From the NCBI GenBank assembly GCA_019058275.1, contig JAHLVW010000038.1, positions 1 through 13,062 of the forward strand: 13,062 nt of DNA. The letters are read 5' to 3'. Positions 1-8,542 of the stretch are shown here, one piece after another. The position numbers were made by a program, and so were the translations under genes. Within the stretch, counting starts at the first letter, position 1; each line of letters opens with the position of its first letter. The DNA comes from Candidatus Heimdallarchaeota archaeon. GTDB taxonomy: Archaea > Asgardarchaeota > Heimdallarchaeia > JABLTI01. The notes below the pieces were generated by a model. That model made no database searches. It worked only from the letters and a program-made list of their open reading frames with translations, and was not told where the DNA came from.

Positions 1-1259
1 AAGCAAACATTGAAGCAAAAGTAGAACTTACAGGTTCATTCTCCAGAGATACTTGGATCTCGGGAAGCAGGGATATTGATATTTTTGTTATATTACCTTA
101 CAAAAGTGAGTTTACTCCAAATGATATACTGAAGGTAATTAAAAAGGGAATAGATTTCCAATGGATAAAAAAACATGCTAAACATCCTTATTTATTCGCA
201 ATTTCAGATGACATCAAAATTGAGATAGTTCCTTGTTATGAGTTTAAAGTAGGAAGGGAAATTCGAAGTGCTGTAGACCGTTCTCCTCTACATAAGCAAT
301 TTGTTATTGATAATCTTCCAATTGGTGCTATAGATGAAGTGAGATTACTAAAACAATTCATGAGGGGAGTTGGTACTTATGGTGCTGAAATCAAAGTACA
401 TGGATTCTCTGGATACCTAATTGAATTACTAATTATTAACTATAAGGGGCAATTTATCGAAGTACTGAAGAATGCTCAAAAATTACTAAATAATGTTATT
501 ACTTTTCAAGAAAAACTAATTGTGGATGAAAACAAATTTGAGAATGGACCATTAATTGTTGTAGATCCAACTGATAAAAATAGAAATGTAGCTGCAGCAG
601 TTAAAGAACAAACTTTGGCAAATTTTATTGCTGCTGCAAAAAGCTATCTGAAAAATCCTTCAGAAGATTACTTGTTTCCTAAGAAAATAACCATTACAAA
701 AGGCAGATTACAAGAAATAAAAAATAGTGTTTTACATTACTCAGCAATAATTCACAAAGAGTCTGATATCTCTGACGATATTTTGTGGGGACAAATTAGA
801 AAGTTTGAAAAGAGTCTCTTAAATTATCTCAAAAATGAAGGAATAGAACCTATCAATATTGATTCAATGATTTCCAAGGAGGAGATAATGACTATTATTA
901 TTTCACAGAAAGGTACCACACCAGATTATAGATGGAAATTAGGTCCACCAGTTAACAACAACGGTCAGGATGAATTCTTAAAGAAATATAAGGACAATTC
1001 TCGAGTGGTTTTTGGTCCTGCTATTATTAAAAATAGATGGAAAATTCTACTGAAAGAAAAACAAAGAACCATTTATGAAATAGTTAAGAAAGGAATTAGC
1101 GAAAAGATCATTTCCTTGCCATCACATCTGCAAATGGATTTATCATCAATTGAAATTTTAAGCAAAGAGAAATTAATAACAAGAATAATGGATGATAAGG
1201 AAAAAATGACTTATCTTTACAGAATACTAACTGGGAAACCAAATTACTTGCTGAAATAA
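1..1259 (+). CDS. cca: Archaeal class I CCA-adding enzyme (tRNA nucleotidyltransferase), 5' end lies upstream of the window
   Basis: Frame 3 is open from base 3, well upstream of the ORF-track start at 339. It reads ...VELTGSFSRDTWISGSRDIDIFV (GS...DxD nucleotidyltransferase motif), then HPY, EIVPCY, AVDRSPLH, RLLKQFM..GTYGAE..GFSGYLIELL, DPTDKNRNVAAAV and LWGQ, all typical of archaeal CCA enzymes. Confidence 0.95.
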   Translation, partial: ANIEAKVELTGSFSRDTWISGSRDIDIFVILPYKSEFTPNDILKVIKKGIDFQWIKKHAKHPYLFAISDDIKIEIVPCYEFKVGREIRSAVDRSPLHKQFVIDNLPIGAIDEVRLLKQFMRGVGTYGAEIKVHGFSGYLIELLIINYKGQFIEVLKNAQKLLNNVITFQEKLIVDENKFENGPLIVVDPTDKNRNVAAAVKEQTLANFIAAAKSYLKNPSEDYLFPKKITITKGRLQEIKNSVLHYSAIIHKESDISDDILWGQIRKFEKSLLNYLKNEGIEPINIDSMISKEEIMTIIISQKGTTPDYRWKLGPPVNNNGQDEFLKKYKDNSRVVFGPAIIKNRWKILLKEKQRTIYEIVKKGISEKIISLPSHLQMDLSSIEILSKEKLITRIMDDKEKMTYLYRILTGKPNYLLK

Positions 1260-2486
1260 TTATTTGCGACGTTTCTTCCTTTCAATATGGGGGTATTTTG
1301 GCTTTAACATTGATTTGATTCTTTTGTTAGTCCATTTAGTTCGAAGAGCATATTCTACTCCTTTTATGAATTGCTTTACATGGTTTTCCCAAGTTCGTCC
1401 ATCAACCAATTTCTCGCCATTGATTGCTAGCTTCTTACGGAGTTCCTTATCTCGAGCCATGAGTAGAATGCTATCTTTTATCTCATCAGGATTCATTATA
1501 TCTGAAACAAGAATGGTATTTTCCTTATGTTTCACATCTGGGTCGTGCCTATATTCTGAGGTAATAACCGGTAAACGGCAAGACATGGCTTCAAAAACAG
1601 TAAAGCAACTACTTTCGTTAAGCGATGGATTAGTAAAGAAATCAGCAGCAACATAATGACTAGGCAATTCTACATCTGGAACAAATCCAGTGAATATCAT
1701 TCTATCTTTGTTTTTATAGGGATGATTTGCATAATAATCCCATTCTGGTCCTTTACCTACAAATAATCCGTAAAGATTAGGTTCTTCCTCTAAAGCTCGA
1801 TCCATTCCTTCCAACATATTGGCAACATTTTTCTCTTTAGCTAATCTACCAACATAAATTGAAACTATAGCATCACTTGGGATATTGTGTCTTGTGCGAA
1901 TATCAAATTGATTGTTTTTGGGATTAAATCTTGATTTGTCAATAGCAAATGGTGTGTGAAAGATTTTTTCCTCAGAAATGCCAAAATCGATGAGCTTACC
2001 TTTGAACCTTTCTGTAGCATGAAAGAAGACATCAATAAATAACTGGTAGTAGATTTGTGATAGAGCAATCATAGAGACATTATACCATACTTTAGGTGTT
2101 TGTAGGATTTTCCATAAAACAATTCTCTCATCTTGATGGATAAAAATACCAATCTTTTTTCTCAGGATTCTTGCTAGTAAGGCACCGAATACACCTAAGG
2201 TAGCAACAGAATGCACAAAAACAAAATCAGCATTTCTTACTGCTTTTAGTAATCTTTTATCAGGATAAGCAATCCAATAACCTTGAGTGTAAATACGAGT
2301 ACTAGTGCATCGCACAACTTCAAACCCTTCAAAGGGATATTCATAATGCTCAGTACCGATAAACCAAGGACCAACTAGAGTTACTTCATGCCCAGCTTTA
2401 ACTAATTCTGGAATTAAATAATCAAAGTAACGTACGACTCCATCATAAATTGGTTTGTATGAATCGCATACGAAGCAAATTTTCAT
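1260..2486 (-). CDS. Glycosyltransferase family 4 (GT-B fold), copy 1
   Basis: N-terminus MKICFVCDSYKPIYDGV, then VGRLAKEKN, FTGFVPD and an Ex7E motif (NESSCFTVFEAM). SD-like GGAGG upstream. Its stop codon abuts the cca stop with no gap. Confidence 0.92.
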   Translation of the reverse strand: MKICFVCDSYKPIYDGVVRYFDYLIPELVKAGHEVTLVGPWFIGTEHYEYPFEGFEVVRCTSTRIYTQGYWIAYPDKRLLKAVRNADFVFVHSVATLGVFGALLARILRKKIGIFIHQDERIVLWKILQTPKVWYNVSMIALSQIYYQLFIDVFFHATERFKGKLIDFGISEEKIFHTPFAIDKSRFNPKNNQFDIRTRHNIPSDAIVSIYVGRLAKEKNVANMLEGMDRALEEEPNLYGLFVGKGPEWDYYANHPYKNKDRMIFTGFVPDVELPSHYVAADFFTNPSLNESSCFTVFEAMSCRLPVITSEYRHDPDVKHKENTILVSDIMNPDEIKDSILLMARDKELRKKLAINGEKLVDGRTWENHVKQFIKGVEYALRTKWTNKRIKSMLKPKYPHIERKKRRK

Positions 2487-2622
2487 CCCTTATCCTCCAG
2501 GAATAATTATTTTCGACACAATTTAACAATTAACAAATCGTAAACTGCCTTTTTTATAGTTTATCTTACATTCTCAATAATGTTTTTGGAAGAAAGAAAA
2601 AAGCTATTAGAGAATAATTAAA

Positions 2623-3831
2623 TTACAAACCCACTGATTCTTGAGACCTACGTAAAATACGTTTCAATAGTCTCTTTCTTTTTGTTTCAACTTGCAATGT
2701 TTCATTTATCCCTACTAGGAATTTCTCTGCATGGTTTTGCCAGGTACGAGATGCAATCAGTTTCTGACCATTTAATGCAATGGTTTCACGTAATGCTTTA
2801 TCATTAGCTAGACGAAGAATATTCTCTTTAATTTCATGATGATTAAGGACATCGTTAATAAGTAAAGCATTGGTTCCATGAATAATGTCTGGGTCATGGT
2901 CCTTTTCTGCAGTAATTACTGGTACTTGGCAAGTCATAGCTTCGAAAACTGTGAAACAACTGCTTTCGTTTAAAGTAGGAGTTACAAACATATCACAAAC
3001 AGCATAGTGACTTTGGAGTTCTTTTTCAGGTACGAACCCAGTGAAGATAAAACGATCATTATTTTTCCTTGGATGATTAATGAAAAGTTCCTCATTGGGA
3101 CCACCACCAACCATCAATCCGTAAAGATTTGGGTTTTGATCCATAGCATCATCCATAGCTGAGATAATATTATCAACATTTTTTTCAACTGATAAACGTC
3201 CAAGATAACAAGAAATGATGCCTTCTTCTGGAAGATTATAGCGTTTGCGTAAATCAAACTCCGGTTTGGGGTGGAAGGAGTTAGAATTAATGGCAAAAGG
3301 AGTATGATAGATTTTGTCTTCAGGTGCGTCAAACCAAACCAATTTGCGACGAAAACGCTCAGTTGCGTGGAAAAAGACATTGACAATCTTTGTATAGTAT
3401 TTTCGGATAAGCCAAAACAGAAAGCGAACAAAGAATGGCCTGAGTTTAATAATATCTTGAAGGATTACCCGTTCATCGTGGTGGCAAAATAAGCCCACTT
3501 TTTTGCGGAAGAATTTAGCAACTAAACCGCCAACTGTCCCTAAGGGCATCAAAGAATGCAAAACAACAATATCCGACTTTCGTATAGCCCTTGTAAGTCG
3601 CCAGTCTGGAAGGGCAAAAACGTAGGCATTTACTTTAAAGCGAGTAGTAAAAGTTCGAATTATTTTCAAATTTTCTCTTGGGAAAGAAATGTGCTTCTCA
3701 CCTTTAAAGTGGGGGCAGATAATAGACACTTTATGACCTTGTTTAAGTAACTCTGGAATTAAATAATCTAGGTAACGAACAATACCATCGAAGGTAGGAT
3801 GATAGGTGTCAGTTATCATGCAGATTTTCAT
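2623..3831 (-). CDS. Glycosyltransferase family 4 (GT-B fold), copy 2
   Basis: Same motifs as copy 1 (MKICMITDTYHPTFDGI, LGRLSVEKN, NESSCFTVFEAM). Start moved from the TTG at 3876 to the ATG at 3831 by alignment with copy 1 and an upstream AAGGGGA SD-like sequence. Confidence 0.92.
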   Translation of the reverse strand: MKICMITDTYHPTFDGIVRYLDYLIPELLKQGHKVSIICPHFKGEKHISFPRENLKIIRTFTTRFKVNAYVFALPDWRLTRAIRKSDIVVLHSLMPLGTVGGLVAKFFRKKVGLFCHHDERVILQDIIKLRPFFVRFLFWLIRKYYTKIVNVFFHATERFRRKLVWFDAPEDKIYHTPFAINSNSFHPKPEFDLRKRYNLPEEGIISCYLGRLSVEKNVDNIISAMDDAMDQNPNLYGLMVGGGPNEELFINHPRKNNDRFIFTGFVPEKELQSHYAVCDMFVTPTLNESSCFTVFEAMTCQVPVITAEKDHDPDIIHGTNALLINDVLNHHEIKENILRLANDKALRETIALNGQKLIASRTWQNHAEKFLVGINETLQVETKRKRLLKRILRRSQESVGL

Positions 3832-4055
3832 AACATTAATCCCCTTATGCCATAGTTCTAATTCTAACTCAAACAAATACTCAGAACTTTTATTTTATAA
3901 AGCTCTAAATGAACTGACGAAAAAACAAGTATCAATAAAAAGTGTAGAGTTTAAATGATAAAACAGTATATTTTTATATGGAGATTAAGTTCTTCAAAAC
4001 AACAAACCTTAATTTTAACAACGTGAGTTGAGAAAAATAAAGGAGAAAAAATAAC

Positions 4056-4214
4056 ATGGAAAAATACGAATGTACCGTTTGTGGTTATATTTACGATCCT
4101 GACAAGGGTGATCCTGATTCTGGCATAGCTGCTGGAACATCTTTTAAAGATTTACCTGATGATTGGGTATGTCCAATTTGTGGTGCCGCTAAAGGCGATT
4201 TTGAGCCACTCTAA
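4056..4214 (+). CDS. Rubredoxin, 52 aa (not in the ORF track)
   Basis: Manual translation gives [52 protein letters not shown], with two CxxCG iron knuckles. AAGGAG SD at 4040-4045. Confidence 0.97.
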   Translation: MEKYECTVCGYIYDPDKGDPDSGIAAGTSFKDLPDDWVCPICGAAKGDFEPL

Positions 4215-4278
4215 TTGATTTCTCTTATCCCACATATTTTGTTTTTTTAACAAATTTTTTCTTTCTTTCAAACTCCAA

Positions 4279-4872
4279 ATGAATAATGTTTTTGAATTGC
4301 TAAAGAAAGATGAAACAATGAAAGGAATTATTGAGAAAGAGGGTGAGATTGAACTTTCAAAAAGCACTGATTATTTTGTTTCATTAGGAGAAGCGATGAT
4401 TTATCAACAGATAAGTTGGAAAGCTGCTAAAACCATTTATGAGAAATATAAGAAACTTTTCCCTAATGAAAGAATATCACCAGAAGAACATATAAAACTA
4501 AATGAGAATGACTTGCAAACTGCAGGTATCTCGAGGCAAAAAAGAACTTATTTAGATAGCCTAGCTGAGAAATTTATTGATAAAACCATCAAACCAGAAA
4601 AATTTGACCAAATGACCGATGAAGAGATTATTAGAGAACTAGTACAAATAAAGGGTATAGGACGTTGGACAGCTCAAATGTTTTTAATTTTCTCACTTGC
4701 TCGTGAAGATGTTTTTGCACCTGATGATTTAGGGTTAAGAAGAGCTATAATGCAAATATATGGATTCAATGAACTCCCTTCTCCTAAAGAGTTAGAACAA
4801 TTCTCTACTCGCTGGCAAACTTACAGATCATATGCTTCTCTCTATCTTTGGAGATTTACGCGTAAACAATAG
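4279..4872 (+). CDS. alkA: DNA-3-methyladenine glycosylase II family (AlkA-like, HhH-GPD)
   Basis: MIYQQISWKAA, GISRQK, the HhH motif LVQIKGIGRWTAQMFLIF, DVFAPDDLGLRRA and the C-terminal W.TYRSYASLYLW. Confidence 0.9.
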   Translation: MNNVFELLKKDETMKGIIEKEGEIELSKSTDYFVSLGEAMIYQQISWKAAKTIYEKYKKLFPNERISPEEHIKLNENDLQTAGISRQKRTYLDSLAEKFIDKTIKPEKFDQMTDEEIIRELVQIKGIGRWTAQMFLIFSLAREDVFAPDDLGLRRAIMQIYGFNELPSPKELEQFSTRWQTYRSYASLYLWRFTRKQ

Positions 4873-4909
4873 AAAATGTTGTTTTCAACGTTATAATATC
4901 ACTATTTGA

Positions 4910-5157
4910 TATCTCGAAGCAAAAAGGAACTTATTTAGACAGCCTTACTAAAAAATTCATTAATAAAACTATTAGACCATAGAAATTTGATTAAATGACC
5001 GATGAAGAGATTATTGCCGAACTAAAGCAAATAAAAAGTAATGTAGTCGGGTTTTTTTATGGACAATTAGGACATGGACTTGCTTTCAATCGGTGCGTTA
5101 GAAAGTAAAGAAGGAGTAAATGCTTCCCTCTACTTTTATAATTTACCCTTGCAATAG
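4910..5157 (+). pseudogene. Decayed second copy of the alkA-like gene
   Basis: 4910-5040 aligns without gaps to 4527-4657 (107/131 identical by hand count). It translates ISKQKGTYLDSLTKKFINKTIRP*KFD*MTDEEIIAELKQIKS, with two in-frame stops. 5120-5157 resembles the gene's 3' end (4832-4872). Confidence 0.85.
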
Positions 5158-5416
5158 TTAAACCATTTGGATTTCGATAAGACTTTTTAGGTAGTATACA
5201 TAGTCATGATAATTTAAAAACTATCTAAAACTAAAAAACAAAAGTAAATGCTTCAGTTGACAATATAATAGCCATCGAATTTCGTAAAAACTGGTTGCTG
5301 AACAGTCTTATCTCTTTTTTTAAAGAGAAAATTAAGTGGTTTTCCAATAAAGATTTATTAGCAATTAGGGCTATATTTTATTAGAGAGTGGTAGGCTAAT
5401 TTGTTTGGTGATCTGT

Positions 5417-6187
5417 ATGAATAGGAAATATCGATTACTGTCAGTTATTGCTATTATTATTGGATTGGTTATACTACCTCAAATTACTTCAATAATCGCT
5501 CCTCATTTGCCAAAAACCGAATGTGAAGGTGATGTAGCATGTATTGTTGATAACGAATTTGAGAAAATGGGCAAACAACCATCGATAGATATTATGTCTT
5601 TTAACAATAAAGTTTCTTCATCTCAAATAGAGCTTTATTTAAATGGCACTCCTATACTTGATCATTCTCATGGATATAGGATAATAATAAACTGGAATGG
5701 TCACCTTAATAGGGGATGGATAGGGAACTGGACTCATATATACTGGGATTTTGTTATACCCCCCTCATCCAATATTACTTTATGTTTTGCAGGAGGAATT
5801 AGTGGTTTTGGTGTGACAAATGGATCATACAATAGGATTTGCAATAGTTCAGGCATCCCCATTTTTACTGAAATGAATAATGATTCTGTAAGTATAGTTG
5901 GTAATTCAATTATCTTTCCTTTTAACCAAACATTGATAACCACATCTAAAAATCCTTACGATATTTTAGTTCTGACTACCTATAATACTACCAGATTGGA
6001 GATTAATGAGGATAATACTACTACGCTCTTAGCTATTACTTGGATGGATTCGATGAAAGACCACTTCATTATCAATTTGTTCACATTGGTAACATTAGAC
6101 AACAAAATTAATTTTGCAGTCTTTATGACCACGTTAGTATTCATAGGTGTTAGCCAAGTAATTTATCTCAAGAGAAGAAGAAAGTGA
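5417..6187 (+). CDS. Hypothetical surface/membrane protein with an N-terminal signal or TM segment and a C-terminal anchor
   Basis: Basic then hydrophobic N-terminus (MNRKYRLLSVIAIIIGLVILP) and a C-terminal hydrophobic helix followed by KRRRK. Nine N-x-S/T sequons. GGTGA at 5407-5411 favours the ATG at 5417 over the TTG at 5405. Confidence 0.75.
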   Translation: MNRKYRLLSVIAIIIGLVILPQITSIIAPHLPKTECEGDVACIVDNEFEKMGKQPSIDIMSFNNKVSSSQIELYLNGTPILDHSHGYRIIINWNGHLNRGWIGNWTHIYWDFVIPPSSNITLCFAGGISGFGVTNGSYNRICNSSGIPIFTEMNNDSVSIVGNSIIFPFNQTLITTSKNPYDILVLTTYNTTRLEINEDNTTTLLAITWMDSMKDHFIINLFTLVTLDNKINFAVFMTTLVFIGVSQVIYLKRRRK

Positions 6188-6216
6188 ACATTAAGAACTA
6201 GTTTTAATTAAGCTTA

Positions 6217-6255
6217 AAATAAAAAAGAAATAAATTTGAGAGTAAAAACTCTCAA
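6217..6255 (-). terminator. Hairpin plus U-rich tract between convergent genes; likely terminator of the EF-2 paralog
   Basis: Perfect 8-bp stem TTGAGAGT (6236-6243) / ACTCTCAA (6248-6255) with a 4-nt loop, 5 nt past the EF-2 stop. On the minus strand it is followed by ATTTATTTCTTTTTTATTTT. Confidence 0.6.
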
Positions 6256-6260
6256 TTTAC

Positions 6261-8480
6261 TTATTGTCTTTTATAGATAAATCTTCCCCAATTTTCTGGG
6301 GTAGGAATTTCTTCTGGTAAACCTTTGCGCTTACGAACATCTAAAATGATTTCAGTTTCAAGGCTTGAAGGTAATGGTTCAAATGCTTTGAATTGATAAC
6401 CCCAAAAGCTTCGACCAGAAGTAGCACTTCGTAACTTGTCTGCAAAATCACCTATAGTTTCAGAAGTTGGTAGAACACCTTTAACTCTAACTTGATCATC
6501 TTCGTCAACTGTTTTTTCTACACGACCTCGGTGCTGACTAATAAGTCCCATAACTGAACCCATGAAATCCTTAGGAGTTTTTATGTCTACAGTTAACATT
6601 GGTTCATAAACATGAGGATCTGCGGTTAGAAATGAGATGTTCAAAGCTGAAGTTGTCATACCTAGAATTTCTGAAAAGCCTGTATGAGCAGGATCTGTGT
6701 GTATTGTAGCATCTGTGATGACAACCTTTAGACCAAGGGTTGGTTCTTTGGCAACAGCTGCAGAGTAAGTGAAGTCTTTAAAGATTTGAATGACATATTG
6801 CTTAATTCGATCCATTCGTTGGACACCAGAGCTAGCATTAATAATCATGTTGTGGCCTTCAATGTCCCAAATTTTTCGTGCGAATTTTGCATCCCAACCG
6901 GCTTTATCATGGAGAATACCTGCACGAACTTTTTCGTTTTGTTCCATTGTTATCTCCTTTGATCTTATAAGAGCGAGAGCTTTATCATCTAAAGGTTCAA
7001 TGTATAATTTCAAACGATTATGACCGTTTGGAGATTTAGTGTGAATTTCCATTCCAGCTCTATTTATCCTTTCACGGTAAACAATGATTGGGTCAAAGAT
7101 ACGGATTTTTACTTGCTCATGAATTCTCTTTGTTAGGATTTCAATTTGCAATGGATCAATACCTGACAGAATATACTTGTTACTTTCTTTATCATGTCTG
7201 AAAGTAGCTGTTGGATCTGCCATAATCCACTTGCTAACAACTTCGCCAAGTTTGGCGATGTCTTGAGGATCAATAGCCTCAATAGCTCGACTAACAACCG
7301 GTTCAGCAGCATAGGAGATCTCTTCAAATCCTTTGGAACTTGATCCAGGTTCTCTGAAAGATTCACCGCTGGGAGCAATGAATCCGTAAACTGCGAATAA
7401 GTTTCCTGCAGGAATTTCATCACAGTCAAGGATATCAGTAATTTCCATAACACCAAGACGTTTAACTGGTACTTTCTTCTTCTGACCAATTAACTCGAGA
7501 TCTTGACCGGCTCTAATTGTTCCAGAGAAAACTCGACCAATTAAAGTTGGACGTTTACTCTTAGGATCGATAAAGATTTTAGTAATCATACCAATAAGAG
7601 GACCATCACGATCACAGTTGACAAGTGATCGTCCTTCTTTGGATTCAAGGTCACCAGACCAGATGTGGGGAATCTTGTACTTCTGTGCATCAGCAGGATT
7701 AGGTAAATGATCAATGACCATACGTAATAAGGCATCTTCAAGATGAAGATTATCACGAAGCCATTGTTTGTCATCTTCAGCATACTTTTCGAAAACAATG
7801 CTGGGGTCCTTGTGACCAGCTGCCTTCAAAATATCAAGAGTGAAAGCCCAACCATCTTTAGCAGAACCTATAGCAACACTGTTCTTAGTAAATGAAACTT
7901 GCCATTTCTTGCCAAATTCAGGAGGAGCGAACTTTTTGATTTGCTCGTTAACCTGGCTGATAATGGTATCAATACGTTCGAAAACTTTGTTAGGAGGAAG
8001 CTTTAATTCACTAATCAAACGATCAACCTTGTTAATGAATAAAACAGGTTTACACAATTCAGAGCCAACAGCTAATTGGATATTGGTAATAGTCTGGGTC
8101 ATTAAACCTTCAAGAGCATCAACAAGAATGATAGCACCATCACTACCACGAAGAGCACGACTAACCTCACCAGTAAAGGAAATGTGACCAGGAGTGTCGT
8201 TAATCTCAAACAAGTAAGTCTTGTCATCACGCTCGTAACTGAGAAGAACAACGCTGGTAAAGATAGTAATACCACGTTCTTGCTCTTCCTCATCAGAGTC
8301 AGTCATAAGCTTAAGACCAGCATCATGATCAGACATAAGACCAGCCCTGCGAAGAAGGTAATCGCTAGTAGTGGTCTTGCCATGATCAATATGAGCAGCA
8401 ATGCTAAAGACACGACGCTGATCCATAGGATGGTTTTTAACCATGTCGCGAATCTCATCAGCGTTTTTAATACGAACCAT
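6261..8480 (-). CDS. Translation elongation factor 2 family GTPase, probably the Asgard-type paralog (aEF-2p)
   Basis: G1 AHIDHGKTT, RGITI, G3 DTPGH, G4 NKVD, KSPNGHNRL and LRSATSGR; about 739 aa from the ATG at 8480 (GTGAG upstream). Divergent GHISF (canonical GHVDF) and diphthamide loop HTDPAHTGFSE (canonical HxDxxHRGxxQ). Not next to S12/S7. Confidence 0.9.
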   Translation of the reverse strand: MVRIKNADEIRDMVKNHPMDQRRVFSIAAHIDHGKTTTSDYLLRRAGLMSDHDAGLKLMTDSDEEEQERGITIFTSVVLLSYERDDKTYLFEINDTPGHISFTGEVSRALRGSDGAIILVDALEGLMTQTITNIQLAVGSELCKPVLFINKVDRLISELKLPPNKVFERIDTIISQVNEQIKKFAPPEFGKKWQVSFTKNSVAIGSAKDGWAFTLDILKAAGHKDPSIVFEKYAEDDKQWLRDNLHLEDALLRMVIDHLPNPADAQKYKIPHIWSGDLESKEGRSLVNCDRDGPLIGMITKIFIDPKSKRPTLIGRVFSGTIRAGQDLELIGQKKKVPVKRLGVMEITDILDCDEIPAGNLFAVYGFIAPSGESFREPGSSSKGFEEISYAAEPVVSRAIEAIDPQDIAKLGEVVSKWIMADPTATFRHDKESNKYILSGIDPLQIEILTKRIHEQVKIRIFDPIIVYRERINRAGMEIHTKSPNGHNRLKLYIEPLDDKALALIRSKEITMEQNEKVRAGILHDKAGWDAKFARKIWDIEGHNMIINASSGVQRMDRIKQYVIQIFKDFTYSAAVAKEPTLGLKVVITDATIHTDPAHTGFSEILGMTTSALNISFLTADPHVYEPMLTVDIKTPKDFMGSVMGLISQHRGRVEKTVDEDDQVRVKGVLPTSETIGDFADKLRSATSGRSFWGYQFKAFEPLPSSLETEIILDVRKRKGLPEEIPTPENWGRFIYKRQ

Positions 8481-8542
8481 GTTTTTACAACTCACTAAAC
8501 TTTTATTCTTTTAATTTTTCGTCTATTTTATTAGACTTTTAT

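Noticed and set aside
1264-3750. Short ORFs at 1264-1656, 1865-2068, 3114-3431, 3271-3492 and 3556-3750
   Set aside because: They are antisense or off-frame shadows of the well-supported GT4 genes and have no recognisable motifs.
4152-4367. 71-aa minus-strand ORF
   Set aside because: It overlaps rubredoxin and alkA on the opposite strand.
5115-5254. 12-nt direct repeat AGTAAATGCTTC at 5115-5126 and 5243-5254
   Set aside because: There are only two short copies, one overlapping the alkA relic, and no array structure.
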